Assembly (NCBI GenBank): GCA_963823335.1
Contig: CAWGLD010000007.1
Location: 128,001-192,000 of the forward strand
Direction: 5' to 3'
Length of the DNA: 64,000 nt
DNA from: an uncultured delta proteobacterium
GTDB taxonomy: Bacteria; Desulfobacterota; Desulfobacteria; Desulfobacterales; B30-G6
Shown here: one piece after another, positions 20,813 to 30,137 of the stretch
Layout: the number at the start of each line of letters is the position of its first letter
Position numbering within the stretch: the first letter of the stretch is position 1
Made by a program: the position numbers and the translations under genes
The notes under the pieces: model-generated
What the model was told of the DNA's origin: nothing
Databases searched by the model: none
The model's input: the letters and a program-made list of their open reading frames with translations, nothing else

Positions 20813-20887
20813 TGATAAAAAAAAGGGCCCCGAAAGTCCGGGGGGTCGCAATCGGTATGCAACCCCTTGGACCCTTGGACCCATATT

Positions 20888-20986
20888 AGCCTTTTAGCGT
20901 TTTAGACTGTAGACTATCAGGTGCTCTTTGCTAACAGCCGTCAGCTACCCTCGAACCCTTGTATCACCCTCGGCCCCTCGAACCCT
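20888..20986. repeat. Diverged single family R unit
   Basis: AGCCTTTTAGCG...ACCCTCGAACCCTTGTATCACCCT; 7 nt after the stop at 20994. Confidence 0.8.
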
Positions 20987-20993
20987 TTATTTC

Positions 20994-21950
20994 TCATTTG
21001 TACTTCACCAGATCGTTGGGGTTGAAGCCGGCACCCGATTTTATGGTGGCCACAGATCCATCGTTGCCGAAATATCCTGTAACCATAAGCTCGCCTTTGA
21101 CCTGTCCCGGGGCCCTGCCCAGGGATACGTTTGTCTGAGGATCGATAATCTCCTCTCCCAGTTCCTGCACCATCAGAAGGTCGCCCACTTTCAAACCGGT
21201 TTTCTGCCCGGCGTTCAAGTAGACCGTCCGGCCTTTGACGCTGGCGATTCGACCACTCCACTCCTGACGTTCAAACTGTGGCAGCATGTTCACCATGGCT
21301 TTGGTCAATGCATCCCGCAAGGCACCGTCCCGCAGGTCGGCGTCGTAGCTCGCCTTTGAGCCTAACCCAAGTGCGCCACCGGTTTGCTTTTCATAAACAC
21401 CCTGCCCGGAATCGGCGACCATCTGGATCCCTGTTGTCGTGTCGACGATCCGGTAATCCACGGTGACCCGGGCAATCTGTTTCTTCTTTTTGTAAACCAG
21501 ATAGTCGGCTCCCTCTTCAGCCTCGGAATAGGCCGTAATTGCACCGGTGACCATGGCATTCAATCCCAGTATCTTACCCATTTTTGCAGCAGTGGCCGGA
21601 TTTACGGCGCCTGAAGCGCCCATCGCCTGCTGATCCAGTATTGAGGAGACATCCTGCTGTGGGATAATGATGAACCGGCCGGTCTTTTGAAGAATGGTTC
21701 CCAGAATATCCGCCGCTGCTTCACCAATACCGATATGTTTCGAGGGTGTCTTGTTCAGGAAATTAACGACCCCCACCCGAAGTTTCGGGCCGGTATAATC
21801 TCCCGCGGGAGCCAGCTGATCTGAAACACCTGTAAGCGAAGAATCGTCACGCACCGCCCCGGATGTCTTTACAGCACATCCATTGAAAACCAATACGGCT
21901 GCCATGAGAAGTAACGCCCCCAGCAGATAAATGTTTTTAGTCTTGATCAT
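20994..21950 (-). CDS. CsgG/HfaB-like lipoprotein with FlgT-like C-terminal domain
   Basis: Lipobox (FNGC), CsgG-like core (TGRF...GAIT), VYLNAG...GLKVGD tail. Confidence 0.75.
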   Translation of the reverse strand: MIKTKNIYLLGALLLMAAVLVFNGCAVKTSGAVRDDSSLTGVSDQLAPAGDYTGPKLRVGVVNFLNKTPSKHIGIGEAAADILGTILQKTGRFIIIPQQDVSSILDQQAMGASGAVNPATAAKMGKILGLNAMVTGAITAYSEAEEGADYLVYKKKKQIARVTVDYRIVDTTTGIQMVADSGQGVYEKQTGGALGLGSKASYDADLRDGALRDALTKAMVNMLPQFERQEWSGRIASVKGRTVYLNAGQKTGLKVGDLLMVQELGEEIIDPQTNVSLGRAPGQVKGELMVTGYFGNDGSVATIKSGAGFNPNDLVKYK

Positions 21951-21978
21951 GTTTTGCCTCCTAAATTAGGTTTCAATG

Positions 21979-23337
21979 TTATTCCATGACTATTTCCAAA
22001 AAGTTGCTGGTTTCCGTGAAATCTCCCGGCACTTCAAAGAGGTCTGCCGGCGGCGTCCCCATGACGATACCCGTTAAGGTGGATGTCATCTTGACGGTCG
22101 CGTTGTCGATTTCACTTCGGATCGTCATGCCACCCAGGTCCGTTGCATTCCAGATGAGACCCTGCTGTGTTTCCTGTCCCTGGTAGGTTACCGTTATCCG
22201 ATATTTCTCGGTGGGATGGCCATCGATGGTCTCGTTGGCCACAAAGGTTTTTTTAATATCCGGTTCCGCGTAGTAGCCTTCGTCCGTTTCATCACTGACC
22301 ATATACTTCTTCTTATTTGTGTAAAGAGAGTAGGTGCGTTTTTCCTCCCCCCGGTGGATCATCACCACACTGCTCATGGCCGGCGGCATGCCCTGGGCCC
22401 CTGACATCTTGGTGTAGTCCATTTCCATGCGGAATTTTTCACCGGCCTTGGCGATGGGCATCTCAAAAGAAAATTCCCGCCCCTGCGACTTGTCCAGGGT
22501 TGTCGACACCATGACAGCCTTGAAATCCTTATCGCCATAATTCATGTGACCCATAGCGGGCGGTGGCGGCATCTGAATATTGGGCATGGCAATGGCCGGT
22601 ACCGCCATCAGAATGGGAGCCACGGTATCCCCTGCGCCCCAGGGCAGGTTTTGCACGAGTCGCCATATCATTTCGTCGGTTTCCTCGGCCAGATGGATAC
22701 CCACGGCTTTTGAAATCAGCTTCCCGGCCAGTCCCGATGCAAGTCCCTCCAGGACGCTCTGGTTACTCGATGTATTCTCGACGACGACCCATGGAACCTC
22801 TTCATCACGGCTGCCGGTACTCGCGATTGCACCTGTAAGACTCCCTACAATACCGCCTGATGTGTCCTGACTTTTGATCCCGATACCATTTTCCCAGAAA
22901 ACCGACAAAGTACTTGTTTCTATTATCTGGAACTTGCCCCGGACTTTGCGCACGTTGACGAGACCGGTGGTGGTCTCCTCAAAATTCATGAGGGTCCCAT
23001 AGAGAAGCCCTTCCACCTGGAGTGCTTCACGGAGCTGGGCCGTCGTCGCCAGACCCAACTGACCCCCGAGGGTGATTCCCAGTTGATCTCTCAGAATGCG
23101 ATCCGTCTCCTCCAAAGGCTGTACATTATAAAATCGTTTCTGCATTGCCGCAGCCAGTTTTTCACGCACAAAGTCTGGTGCCTCGACATCCATCGTGTCG
23201 TTTTTAAGGGGCAGCATTGCCAGGCGTTTGATGGGATTGGTGGAATCGGGTGTCGGCCCCATGACGGGCATGCCGGTACAGCCCCCCAGAAGCACCAGCA
23301 GCAGAAAGAGCATCATCAACAGGTGGAATCTTCTCAT
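21979..23337 (-). CDS. Lipoprotein, GNA1162/DUF799-like N-domain fused to DUF4412-like C-domain
   Basis: Lipobox (LGGC); AMLPLKN.T; ETIDGH.T.KY and P..LFEVP motifs. Confidence 0.6.
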   Translation of the reverse strand: MRRFHLLMMLFLLLVLLGGCTGMPVMGPTPDSTNPIKRLAMLPLKNDTMDVEAPDFVREKLAAAMQKRFYNVQPLEETDRILRDQLGITLGGQLGLATTAQLREALQVEGLLYGTLMNFEETTTGLVNVRKVRGKFQIIETSTLSVFWENGIGIKSQDTSGGIVGSLTGAIASTGSRDEEVPWVVVENTSSNQSVLEGLASGLAGKLISKAVGIHLAEETDEMIWRLVQNLPWGAGDTVAPILMAVPAIAMPNIQMPPPPAMGHMNYGDKDFKAVMVSTTLDKSQGREFSFEMPIAKAGEKFRMEMDYTKMSGAQGMPPAMSSVVMIHRGEEKRTYSLYTNKKKYMVSDETDEGYYAEPDIKKTFVANETIDGHPTEKYRITVTYQGQETQQGLIWNATDLGGMTIRSEIDNATVKMTSTLTGIVMGTPPADLFEVPGDFTETSNFLEIVME

Positions 23338-23410
23338 GGTTACCTCCGGACAAATTAATGAAGAAAAACGGCCATGCCGCGTTCGATAAATTTGTGTAAC
23401 GAATTTATTT

Positions 23411-24613
23411 CTACTTCATTTTCAAGTTGACACTGTTCTGCGTGACGTTGGTGATGTCAATCGCAAATCCGCCGTAATCGATCACCACCAGCTCGTCGGC
23501 CAGCTTTTGGGATGTCATCGGAACATTCAGGTCCAGTGTTGCTGTCCCGGCATTGAAATCGCGCTGGTACAATCCACCGACCCCCCTGATCCGTTTCTGA
23601 ATCATCTCCTTGAGTTTCACCAGGTGGTTGTACGATGGAATATCGGACACCACCAACCGTATCAGGCCACCACTGCCGACATCCTGTGACCATTGGTTTA
23701 CGATCTGGGTGAGAAGCTGGTCGGCAATGCCATCTGCCGCGAGCTTGAGCGCATCCGCCCCGGCCGTAATCTCGTTGGGATGCACAGCTGCCGCATGATG
23801 CGTGGACGATGCAATGACCCGGCCGGTATCGGTATTGACAACACGTAGAGAAATGTCCGCCTGGGCGGATTTCATGGATGATCCCAAGACCGAACCTGCC
23901 AGCTTGGAAAGTGCTTTACCATAAATCACGACTTCGGCATCATAGAGGTTGCCGATGCTTCTAAGAGCGTCATTGCTGAGGGACTCGATCTTGTAGGGGG
24001 CTTCGATTTCCAGTGTTTTTGACGTCATTGCGTGATCTACGACATGAAACCCCTTGCCGTTCAGTTTTTCCATCAGAACATTTTCGGTAATGCTGAGATC
24101 TGCGGTGCCGGCTTTGACCCCCCACCAATAACTGTAGTAATGCATCCCGACATTCTGCTCAGCCACCATGATCATGACCCGGGGCATATTCTTCCTGGCC
24201 ATGAGCAACCCCAGAGCCTGGATGTCATTTTTCAAGTTCCCTGCCGCCACGGAAGCCTGAATCGTCACCTTGTACAGATTGCCCTGGATTGACTCGTTTG
24301 TCACCTCATAGCGCTGGATATAGCCCTGGCTCTTTGAATAGACCTGATCCCGCAGTACTTCGTAATTTTGAACCAGGGTTTCTGACGACACCATGGTACC
24401 GGCAGCTTGCTCCACGACCAGTCGGAGTGCATCCTGGATCGCCTGATCTCTTGCCAGGGCCTTATTGTCGTCGACAATCACGCCAACGCCTTCTGCCGAG
24501 GCGTTGATTGCTTCAGCCGATTGACTGGCAGATGCCGCTGTTGCAGAAAAAAGGTGGAGTAAAACAGACGATACACAAAGAATTGACAGAAAAAAATAGA
24601 CAAATGGCTTCAT
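23411..24613 (-). CDS. Exported protein with FlgT-N/LPP20-like domain
   Basis: Signal peptide; AR..AI.DALR..VEQ..G..V.SET motif; ATG after GGAGG. Confidence 0.65.
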   Translation of the reverse strand: MKPFVYFFLSILCVSSVLLHLFSATAASASQSAEAINASAEGVGVIVDDNKALARDQAIQDALRLVVEQAAGTMVSSETLVQNYEVLRDQVYSKSQGYIQRYEVTNESIQGNLYKVTIQASVAAGNLKNDIQALGLLMARKNMPRVMIMVAEQNVGMHYYSYWWGVKAGTADLSITENVLMEKLNGKGFHVVDHAMTSKTLEIEAPYKIESLSNDALRSIGNLYDAEVVIYGKALSKLAGSVLGSSMKSAQADISLRVVNTDTGRVIASSTHHAAAVHPNEITAGADALKLAADGIADQLLTQIVNQWSQDVGSGGLIRLVVSDIPSYNHLVKLKEMIQKRIRGVGGLYQRDFNAGTATLDLNVPMTSQKLADELVVIDYGGFAIDITNVTQNSVNLKMK

Positions 24614-24733
24614 GATCCGCCCTCCGATTAATATCTGTGTATCTGCTGAGGTGTGTTGAAAAACCCGTAAACGATGGCATAATTCATGGGGTGTGTCAAG
24701 CACGGAACGCGCGTAAGCAAGCGTTGCCGCTGT

Positions 24734-25153
24734 TCAAGGGTCTCTGCTGGAGAGTGTCTTTTTTACCATGGCTTTGATCCCATGGGGTGGGGCCTTTCTA
24801 TTCATTCCGGGGCACATGGATGCCATGATGTTCCAGTTGTCGAAGTCGATCAGAAGGCTCTCGATATAGGGCCACTTGCGACACAGTTTGGGTTTTACAG
24901 GATGAATCGTACATACCTTATCCCAGAACACGCAATGACCATCAACCTGCTGAGCCAGAACCGGTCTGCCTCCAGACAGGCAGCAGAATTTTTCCACAAA
25001 CCGGTGTGGGTCGACACCGATATGGATTGAGATTTTCTCGATATCCTGGTCGGTGACAAAGGTACCGCCATAACCGATACAACACTCTCCACATTGTGTG
25101 CAGGAAAAAGCCGAGGCGTCGGAATCCTTTTCCAGATCTTCATCAGAGGGCAT
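24734..25153 (-). CDS. YkgJ-family cysteine cluster protein
   Basis: C..CGECC...CVF....CTIH..KP..CR.WP. Confidence 0.9.
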   Translation of the reverse strand: MPSDEDLEKDSDASAFSCTQCGECCIGYGGTFVTDQDIEKISIHIGVDPHRFVEKFCCLSGGRPVLAQQVDGHCVFWDKVCTIHPVKPKLCRKWPYIESLLIDFDNWNIMASMCPGMNRKAPPHGIKAMVKKTLSSRDP

Positions 25154-25742
25154 GCCGTGTCTCCATGGCCCGCCGCAGGGTTACCTGATCCACGTACTTG
25201 AGATCCCCACCGATGGGAACACCGGATGCAATGCGGGTGACTTTGACGGGCGACAATCGCAACTTTTCCGCGATAAAACCGGCCGTGGACTCCCCTTCAA
25301 CGCTGGTGCTGGTTGCCAGAACCACCTCCGTAACCGTGCCCGAGGCAAGGCGTGCCAGCAATTCTTTGATGTTGATATCATCCGGGCCGATATTGTTCAT
25401 GGGCGAGAGAACTCCCTGCAAAATGTGGTAAAGCCCGCGGTATGCGCCGGATTTTTCGATGGATGCCATATCGCCCGGCTGCTCCACTACGCACACCAGA
25501 GCAGCATCTCTTGACGGGTCGCTGCATACTTTGCATGTCTCTGTATCGCTCAAGGCAAAACACATGGAGCAAATCTGGATGGTATCCTTCAATGCCAGGA
25601 TGCTTTGTGACAAGTGTTCAGCATCTCTGCGAGACATTTTCAGGATGTGCATGGCCAATCGCTCGGCCGTTTTTTCCCCAATGCCCGGAAGCCTGGAAAG
25701 GTGTTTAATCAGATTCAGAACCGAAGGGGGATAGTGATACAT
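25143..25742 (-). CDS. recR: Recombination mediator RecR
   Basis: LPGIG.KTAERLA, C4 zinc finger, Toprim, RIASGVP.GGDL.YVD. Confidence 0.97.
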   Translation of the reverse strand: MYHYPPSVLNLIKHLSRLPGIGEKTAERLAMHILKMSRRDAEHLSQSILALKDTIQICSMCFALSDTETCKVCSDPSRDAALVCVVEQPGDMASIEKSGAYRGLYHILQGVLSPMNNIGPDDINIKELLARLASGTVTEVVLATSTSVEGESTAGFIAEKLRLSPVKVTRIASGVPIGGDLKYVDQVTLRRAMETRHAL

Positions 25743-25805
25743 GATTTCATATCCTCATCGTGTTGGTTTGTAGGTATCCGGAGCTATAAGTATCTACACA
25801 ATAAC

Positions 25806-25940
25806 CCGGTGCAAAGAAACGAATGAACATCGAACATCGAACGCCCAACATCGAATGTTGAACCGAAAAAGCGGACGCATTCCCCGTAGCTTGCTGCGAG
25901 GTTCTTCAATTTAAAATATGAAGAAACAGCTATCGGTATT
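25806..25940. repeat. Family D left arm interrupted by a family C mini-element (25863-25909)
   Basis: Removing the insert restores TTGAATTTAAAA..TGAAGAAACAG as in copy 2. Confidence 0.75.
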
Positions 25941-25979
25941 GAACGGCAATAACGTGCACATTCCTCGTAGCGATCGGAT

Positions 25980-26291
25980 TTAAACGAGCCCCGGAATATT
26001 CATCCCACCGGTCAGCTTGTTCATCTCGCTCGACATCATTTCCTGTGATCGTGTCAAGGCATCATTGACTGCTGTGAGAACGAGGTCCTGGAGCATCTCC
26101 ACATCATCCGGATCCACGACTTCCTGCTTGATTTCAATGGTCACGATCTGTTGCCTGCCGTTGGCCACAACTCGGATCACACCGCCACCGGCGCTGGCTT
26201 CCACGGTTTTGTCCGCAAGTTCTTCCTGCACTCTCAGCATCTTTGTCTGAAGCTGCTGAGCCTGTTTCATCATTTTACCCATACCCTTCAT
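25980..26291 (-). CDS. ybaB: YbaB/EbfC nucleoid-associated protein
   Basis: [25 protein letters not shown]; lies between dnaX and recR. Confidence 0.95.
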   Translation of the reverse strand: MKGMGKMMKQAQQLQTKMLRVQEELADKTVEASAGGGVIRVVANGRQQIVTIEIKQEVVDPDDVEMLQDLVLTAVNDALTRSQEMMSSEMNKLTGGMNIPGLV

Positions 26292-26335
26292 CCTATGCCT
26301 CCCAGCCCGGATAAACCGGAGAAAAAGATCTTTTA

Positions 26336-26436
26336 CCACGCAATCACGAAAGGTCGAAATCACGAAGAAACCCATGACATTTTTCGTGTTCTTCGAATTT
26401 ATCCTTTACGGATACTTCGTGCGTGTTTTCGTGATT
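26336..26436. repeat. Family F inverted repeat, copy 2
   Basis: ATCACGAA repeats paired with TTCGTG repeats. Confidence 0.7.
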
Positions 26437-26481
26437 GCTTTTTTTTCTTACGAAACACACAACCTTTTACACTTAAAGAAC

Positions 26482-26627
26482 TAGAAGCCATCTCAAAAAA
26501 AGGGTTTTGGCTCAAGTTCAAGGCGGGCCCGAACTTCAACCCGCAGACATACTGAAGTATTCCGAGGAGTTGAAGCAAGGGACCAACACAGAAATTGGGT
26601 CAAAAAACTTTTTTGAGATAGCTTCTA
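26482..26627. mobile_element. Family B long hairpin element at the dnaX stop
   Basis: TAGAAGCCATCTCAAAA...TTTTGAGATAGCTTCTA; CAAGGCG at 26519, AACACAG at 26585. Confidence 0.8.
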
Positions 26628-28292
26628 TCCTGATTTTATATCCACCAGCTTGCCGTTGAAGATCTCGATGGCATCAGCCACCAGTGGATGGTGCAGAAGA
26701 TCCTTTTTCAACCGGTTTGCTGCCTTGATCTGTTCTCTTTTGGGTTGGCCGTTCATGTTTACCCCGGCATGGATCACGACGCTCATCTTCCGGTCGTAAA
26801 AAGAGTTGGAAATCTGTTCTAAAATTTTGATATTTTCTTTGCGCTTCATCCGTTTGTAATTAAAGTCACTCCCGTTGACCTCTATTTCAAGCGTGTTCCC
26901 GGACAGCTTTAGCAGCCTGGAATGGGCCAAGTTGGGAGCCAGAGACGGATACCGTTCCGAAATAACATCCAGGATCGCCTGCCATGGGTCTGATTTGTCA
27001 GTGGAGGCTGATAAAGCCGGATCCGACGAAGATAGTTCTGCCGGGGATGCATGCTCCTGCCGGTCTGTCTGCGGCTCCAGGACAGCTGAATCACCATTAG
27101 CGTCAAACCCTTTTTGCGTTTCAGACAGGCAGAGATCCTGCCCCGATGAAAATTGTTTCTGAATGTCATCGAGCTTTTCAATCAGATCATTGATGGGCAG
27201 CGCCGGTCTGATATTGAGCAGTTTGATCATCACCACCTCAAACGCCATATGAGGTCGCGATGACCACTTAATGGTACGTTCTTCTCTGAAAAGCACGTCC
27301 AGAACTTGACTCAGATGCAACGGGGAAACCCCCTGCACCTGCTTCTTCAGGATATCGATCTCGTGAGAGGGCAGATCCATGAGATTATGAGAATCCGAGC
27401 TCAGTTTGATCACCAACAGGTTTCTGAAATGTTCCATCAAACGGGTGTACAGGTCAACGATGCTATGGCCGTGCCGGTAGACCGTATCGATAATTTTCAA
27501 AATCCGTGGGGCATCACCTTTGAAGGTCGCATGGGCCAGTTCGTGGACAACCGCTCGATCGACGACCCCCAGGACATCGATAACCTCACTGTGTGTCACA
27601 GTACCGCTGGTGCCGGTCGTCACCTGGTCGAGAAGACTCAGGGCATCCCGCATGCTGCCGTCGGCTTCCCTGGCGATGAGATCAAAACTCTCGTCGGGGA
27701 TGTCAATACCTTCTTTGCGGCAGATGGATATCAAATGCCCGGTGATGTCGGAAGTCTCGATACGTTTCATGTCATACCGCTGGCACCGGGACAGAATGGT
27801 AATCGGAATTTTTCTCGGCTCTGTTGTTGCAAACAAAAAAATGACATGGGCGGGCGGTTCTTCCAGGGTTTTCAACAAGGCGTTGAAAGCGGCAGCGCTC
27901 AACATGTGGACTTCATCGATAATATATATTTTATAAGAACTGTGCGCCGGCAGGTACTTGATATTTTCCCGGATTTCCCTGACCTGTTCCACGCCATTGT
28001 TCGATGCACCATCGATCTCGAAAACATCTGTGGCGTTGCCGGAAGTAATTTCGGAACATGAACTGCAGGTATTACAGGGTACCGGTACCGGGCCTGCCTC
28101 GCAGTTCATCGCCTTGGCAAGTATTCGTGCAATGGTTGTTTTTCCGGTACCCCTGGGTCCGGTAAACAGGATCGCATGCGCCAGTCGGTTCGATGAAATT
28201 GCATTTTTCAGTGTCTGGGTGACATGGGTTTGTGCCACAACCTCATCGAATGTTTGCGGGCGGTATTTTCTTGCAAGAACCAAGTAAGACAT
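26625..28292 (-). CDS. dnaX: DNA polymerase III subunit gamma/tau
   Basis: LARKYRPQ.F, GPRGTGKTT, IIDEVHMLS, TILSRC. Confidence 0.97.
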   Translation of the reverse strand: MSYLVLARKYRPQTFDEVVAQTHVTQTLKNAISSNRLAHAILFTGPRGTGKTTIARILAKAMNCEAGPVPVPCNTCSSCSEITSGNATDVFEIDGASNNGVEQVREIRENIKYLPAHSSYKIYIIDEVHMLSAAAFNALLKTLEEPPAHVIFLFATTEPRKIPITILSRCQRYDMKRIETSDITGHLISICRKEGIDIPDESFDLIAREADGSMRDALSLLDQVTTGTSGTVTHSEVIDVLGVVDRAVVHELAHATFKGDAPRILKIIDTVYRHGHSIVDLYTRLMEHFRNLLVIKLSSDSHNLMDLPSHEIDILKKQVQGVSPLHLSQVLDVLFREERTIKWSSRPHMAFEVVMIKLLNIRPALPINDLIEKLDDIQKQFSSGQDLCLSETQKGFDANGDSAVLEPQTDRQEHASPAELSSSDPALSASTDKSDPWQAILDVISERYPSLAPNLAHSRLLKLSGNTLEIEVNGSDFNYKRMKRKENIKILEQISNSFYDRKMSVVIHAGVNMNGQPKREQIKAANRLKKDLLHHPLVADAIEIFNGKLVDIKSG

Positions 28293-28342
28293 GGATGGGA
28301 AACCCTCGGGAACAACGCTGATATATTTGAAATTATTACTAA

Positions 28343-28425
28343 TTGAAACACCTCGCAGCAAGCTACAAGGAATGTCCTGCCTTACGGCAGAACCTACGGG
28401 AAATGCGCTCGCTGTTGCGGTTCAA
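28343..28425 (-). mobile_element. Family C IS200/IS605-like mini-element
   Basis: Minus strand TTGAA|CCG...CGCATTTCCCGTAG...GCTTGCTGCGAGG.GTTTCAA. Confidence 0.65.
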
Positions 28426-28481
28426 ACATTCTTAAAGTATGAAAAACTCACTTCAGGCCCTGTTGGTTCACAGATGATTTA

Positions 28482-28575
28482 TGGCGGAGAGAGAGGGATT
28501 CGAACCCTCGGTGCCGCTATTAACAGCACACACGATTTCCAGTCGTGCTCCTTCAGCCAGCTCGGACATCTCTCC
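28482..28575 (-). tRNA. tRNA-Ser(GGA)
   Basis: Cloverleaf with anticodon loop CTGGAAA, long variable arm, GTTCGAATCC, encoded CCA. Confidence 0.97.
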
Positions 28576-28873
28576 GTATTTTTCGTGGGTCATCGATTTG
28601 TACAAGGGTGGTTTTATAATGCTTTTATATTGATTGATCAATGAATATGTTTCGTTTTTTTTCACAACCACAAATCCACAGCTGTCGCAAATAATTTAAT
28701 TAATAATTACGAGATATTATCCCATTGCCCATAAACGACTTCCCTTGATATTCCCACCGTATTGCCCGTCAAAATGCCACAACCTGAAAAATATGTCAAG
28801 ATTGGCTCCACCGGTCTTGACAATCCGCTGAGATGTTCTAAGCTTGCCAAATTATTTCTTTTGGAAAACTTCC

Positions 28874-29755
28874 ATGAATGCGGATGCAAAAAAACATACC
28901 CGAAAACTTGGTACTGTTGGCGATATCATTCGAAATCTCTGTTTGATCGGTCTTGGCAACACACTGATCGCCATAGCCGTCAACGGCATCGTCATCCCCC
29001 ACGCGTTTCTGAGCGGCGGCGTCACCGGCACGGCCCTCCTGATTCATTACCTGTTTCCCTTTCTACCGGTGGCAGCGCTCTATCTACTGCTGAACATACC
29101 CCTGTTTGCAATTGGCTGGGCTTTTGTGGGTCGCCGTTTCTTTATTTACAGTATTGTCGGCATGCTTTCCCTGACCGGTACCCTGGAATGGGTGCATGTG
29201 AGTGTTCCTTTGCAGGACAAATTTCTTGCCGCTCTTTTTGCCGGTATCCTAACTGGAATTGGCGGGGGGCTGACTCTCCGGTCCCACGGTTCTGCCGGTG
29301 GGTTGGATATTCTCTCGGTAATTCTTTTAAAGCGATTTTCCATATCGATTGGAAAAACGTTTCTTTCCATCAACGCCGTCGTCCTCGTGGTAACAACCTT
29401 TTTGTTTTCCCTTGAAACAGCCCTTTTTTCATTTGTTTATATCTATATAACCACACGCATGATGGAGCTTGTCATCACGGGCATCAGCAAACGCAAGGCT
29501 GTGCTCATCATCTCGGATCAGTGGGTTAAAATTTCAGAAGAAATCCTGTTCAGGCTGGAGCGTGGGGTCACGCAACTTCACGGGCAGGGTGGGTATAGCG
29601 GTAAGGCCCAAAGAATCCTGTATGCCGTTGTGAGCATACGTGAACTGCACCGCATCAAGCGCATTGTTCAGGATATTGACCCCGCGGCCTTCTTGGTGGT
29701 TCAGGATACCCTCGAGGTGATGGGATACGGAATTGGAAACCAACCGCACTGGTAA
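28874..29755 (+). CDS. YitT-family membrane protein
   Basis: GGVTG, LN.PLF..G, GS.GGLDI, RGVT...G.GGYSG, DP.AF. Confidence 0.92.
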   Translation: MNADAKKHTRKLGTVGDIIRNLCLIGLGNTLIAIAVNGIVIPHAFLSGGVTGTALLIHYLFPFLPVAALYLLLNIPLFAIGWAFVGRRFFIYSIVGMLSLTGTLEWVHVSVPLQDKFLAALFAGILTGIGGGLTLRSHGSAGGLDILSVILLKRFSISIGKTFLSINAVVLVVTTFLFSLETALFSFVYIYITTRMMELVITGISKRKAVLIISDQWVKISEEILFRLERGVTQLHGQGGYSGKAQRILYAVVSIRELHRIKRIVQDIDPAAFLVVQDTLEVMGYGIGNQPHW

Positions 29756-29796
29756 TAAAATCGTTGCACGATTTTATCGAACGCGACGTTGTCGCT
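29754..29796. repeat. Family E double-palindrome repeat, copy 1
   Basis: AAATCG-N5-CGATTT then GCGAC-N4-GTCGC; also at 30016, 33421 (partial) and 54875. Confidence 0.8.
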
Positions 29797-29874
29797 CTTA
29801 TTTAGGGCCGATTTTGGGGACGTACCTTGATTTATAAGTTACCAATTGGAAAGGTACCTGGTTGACAAGCGGAG

Positions 29875-29964
29875 TGGCCGAAGGGGTGGGATTTGAACCC
29901 ACGGAACGCTTGCGCGTTCACCGGTTTTCGAGACCGGCTCCTTAAGCCGCTCGGACACCCTTCG
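29875..29964 (-). tRNA. tRNA-Ser(CGA)
   Basis: Anticodon loop CTCGAAA, long variable arm, GTTCAAATCC, encoded CCA. Confidence 0.95.
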
Positions 29965-30015
29965 GAACGTGATTTTTTTTACCCCTACAATTGATGAAGC
30001 GAAGATGTCAATACC

Positions 30016-30058
30016 AATAAAATCGTTTCACGATTTTATCAAACGCGACCTTGTCGCT
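30016..30058. repeat. Family E repeat, copy 2
   Basis: Direct repeat of 29754-29796 with few mismatches. Confidence 0.8.
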
Positions 30059-30137
30059 TTTTTTATGCATGCGTTTGCGCGTTAAAGTCGCTGATTACCC
30101 CCTCCCAATCCAAAACGATTGAAAACTCCCCGACCCT

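Noticed and set aside
27105-27120. Programmed -1 frameshift site in dnaX
   Set aside because: CAA AAA GGG is not an in-frame A AAA AAG heptamer
28293-28481. SRP RNA (ffs), often found upstream of dnaX
   Set aside because: No SRP helix-8 motif seen; the space holds a family C element
28482-30137. Prophage or island integrated at tRNA-Ser
   Set aside because: No integrase and no duplicated tRNA 3' end found
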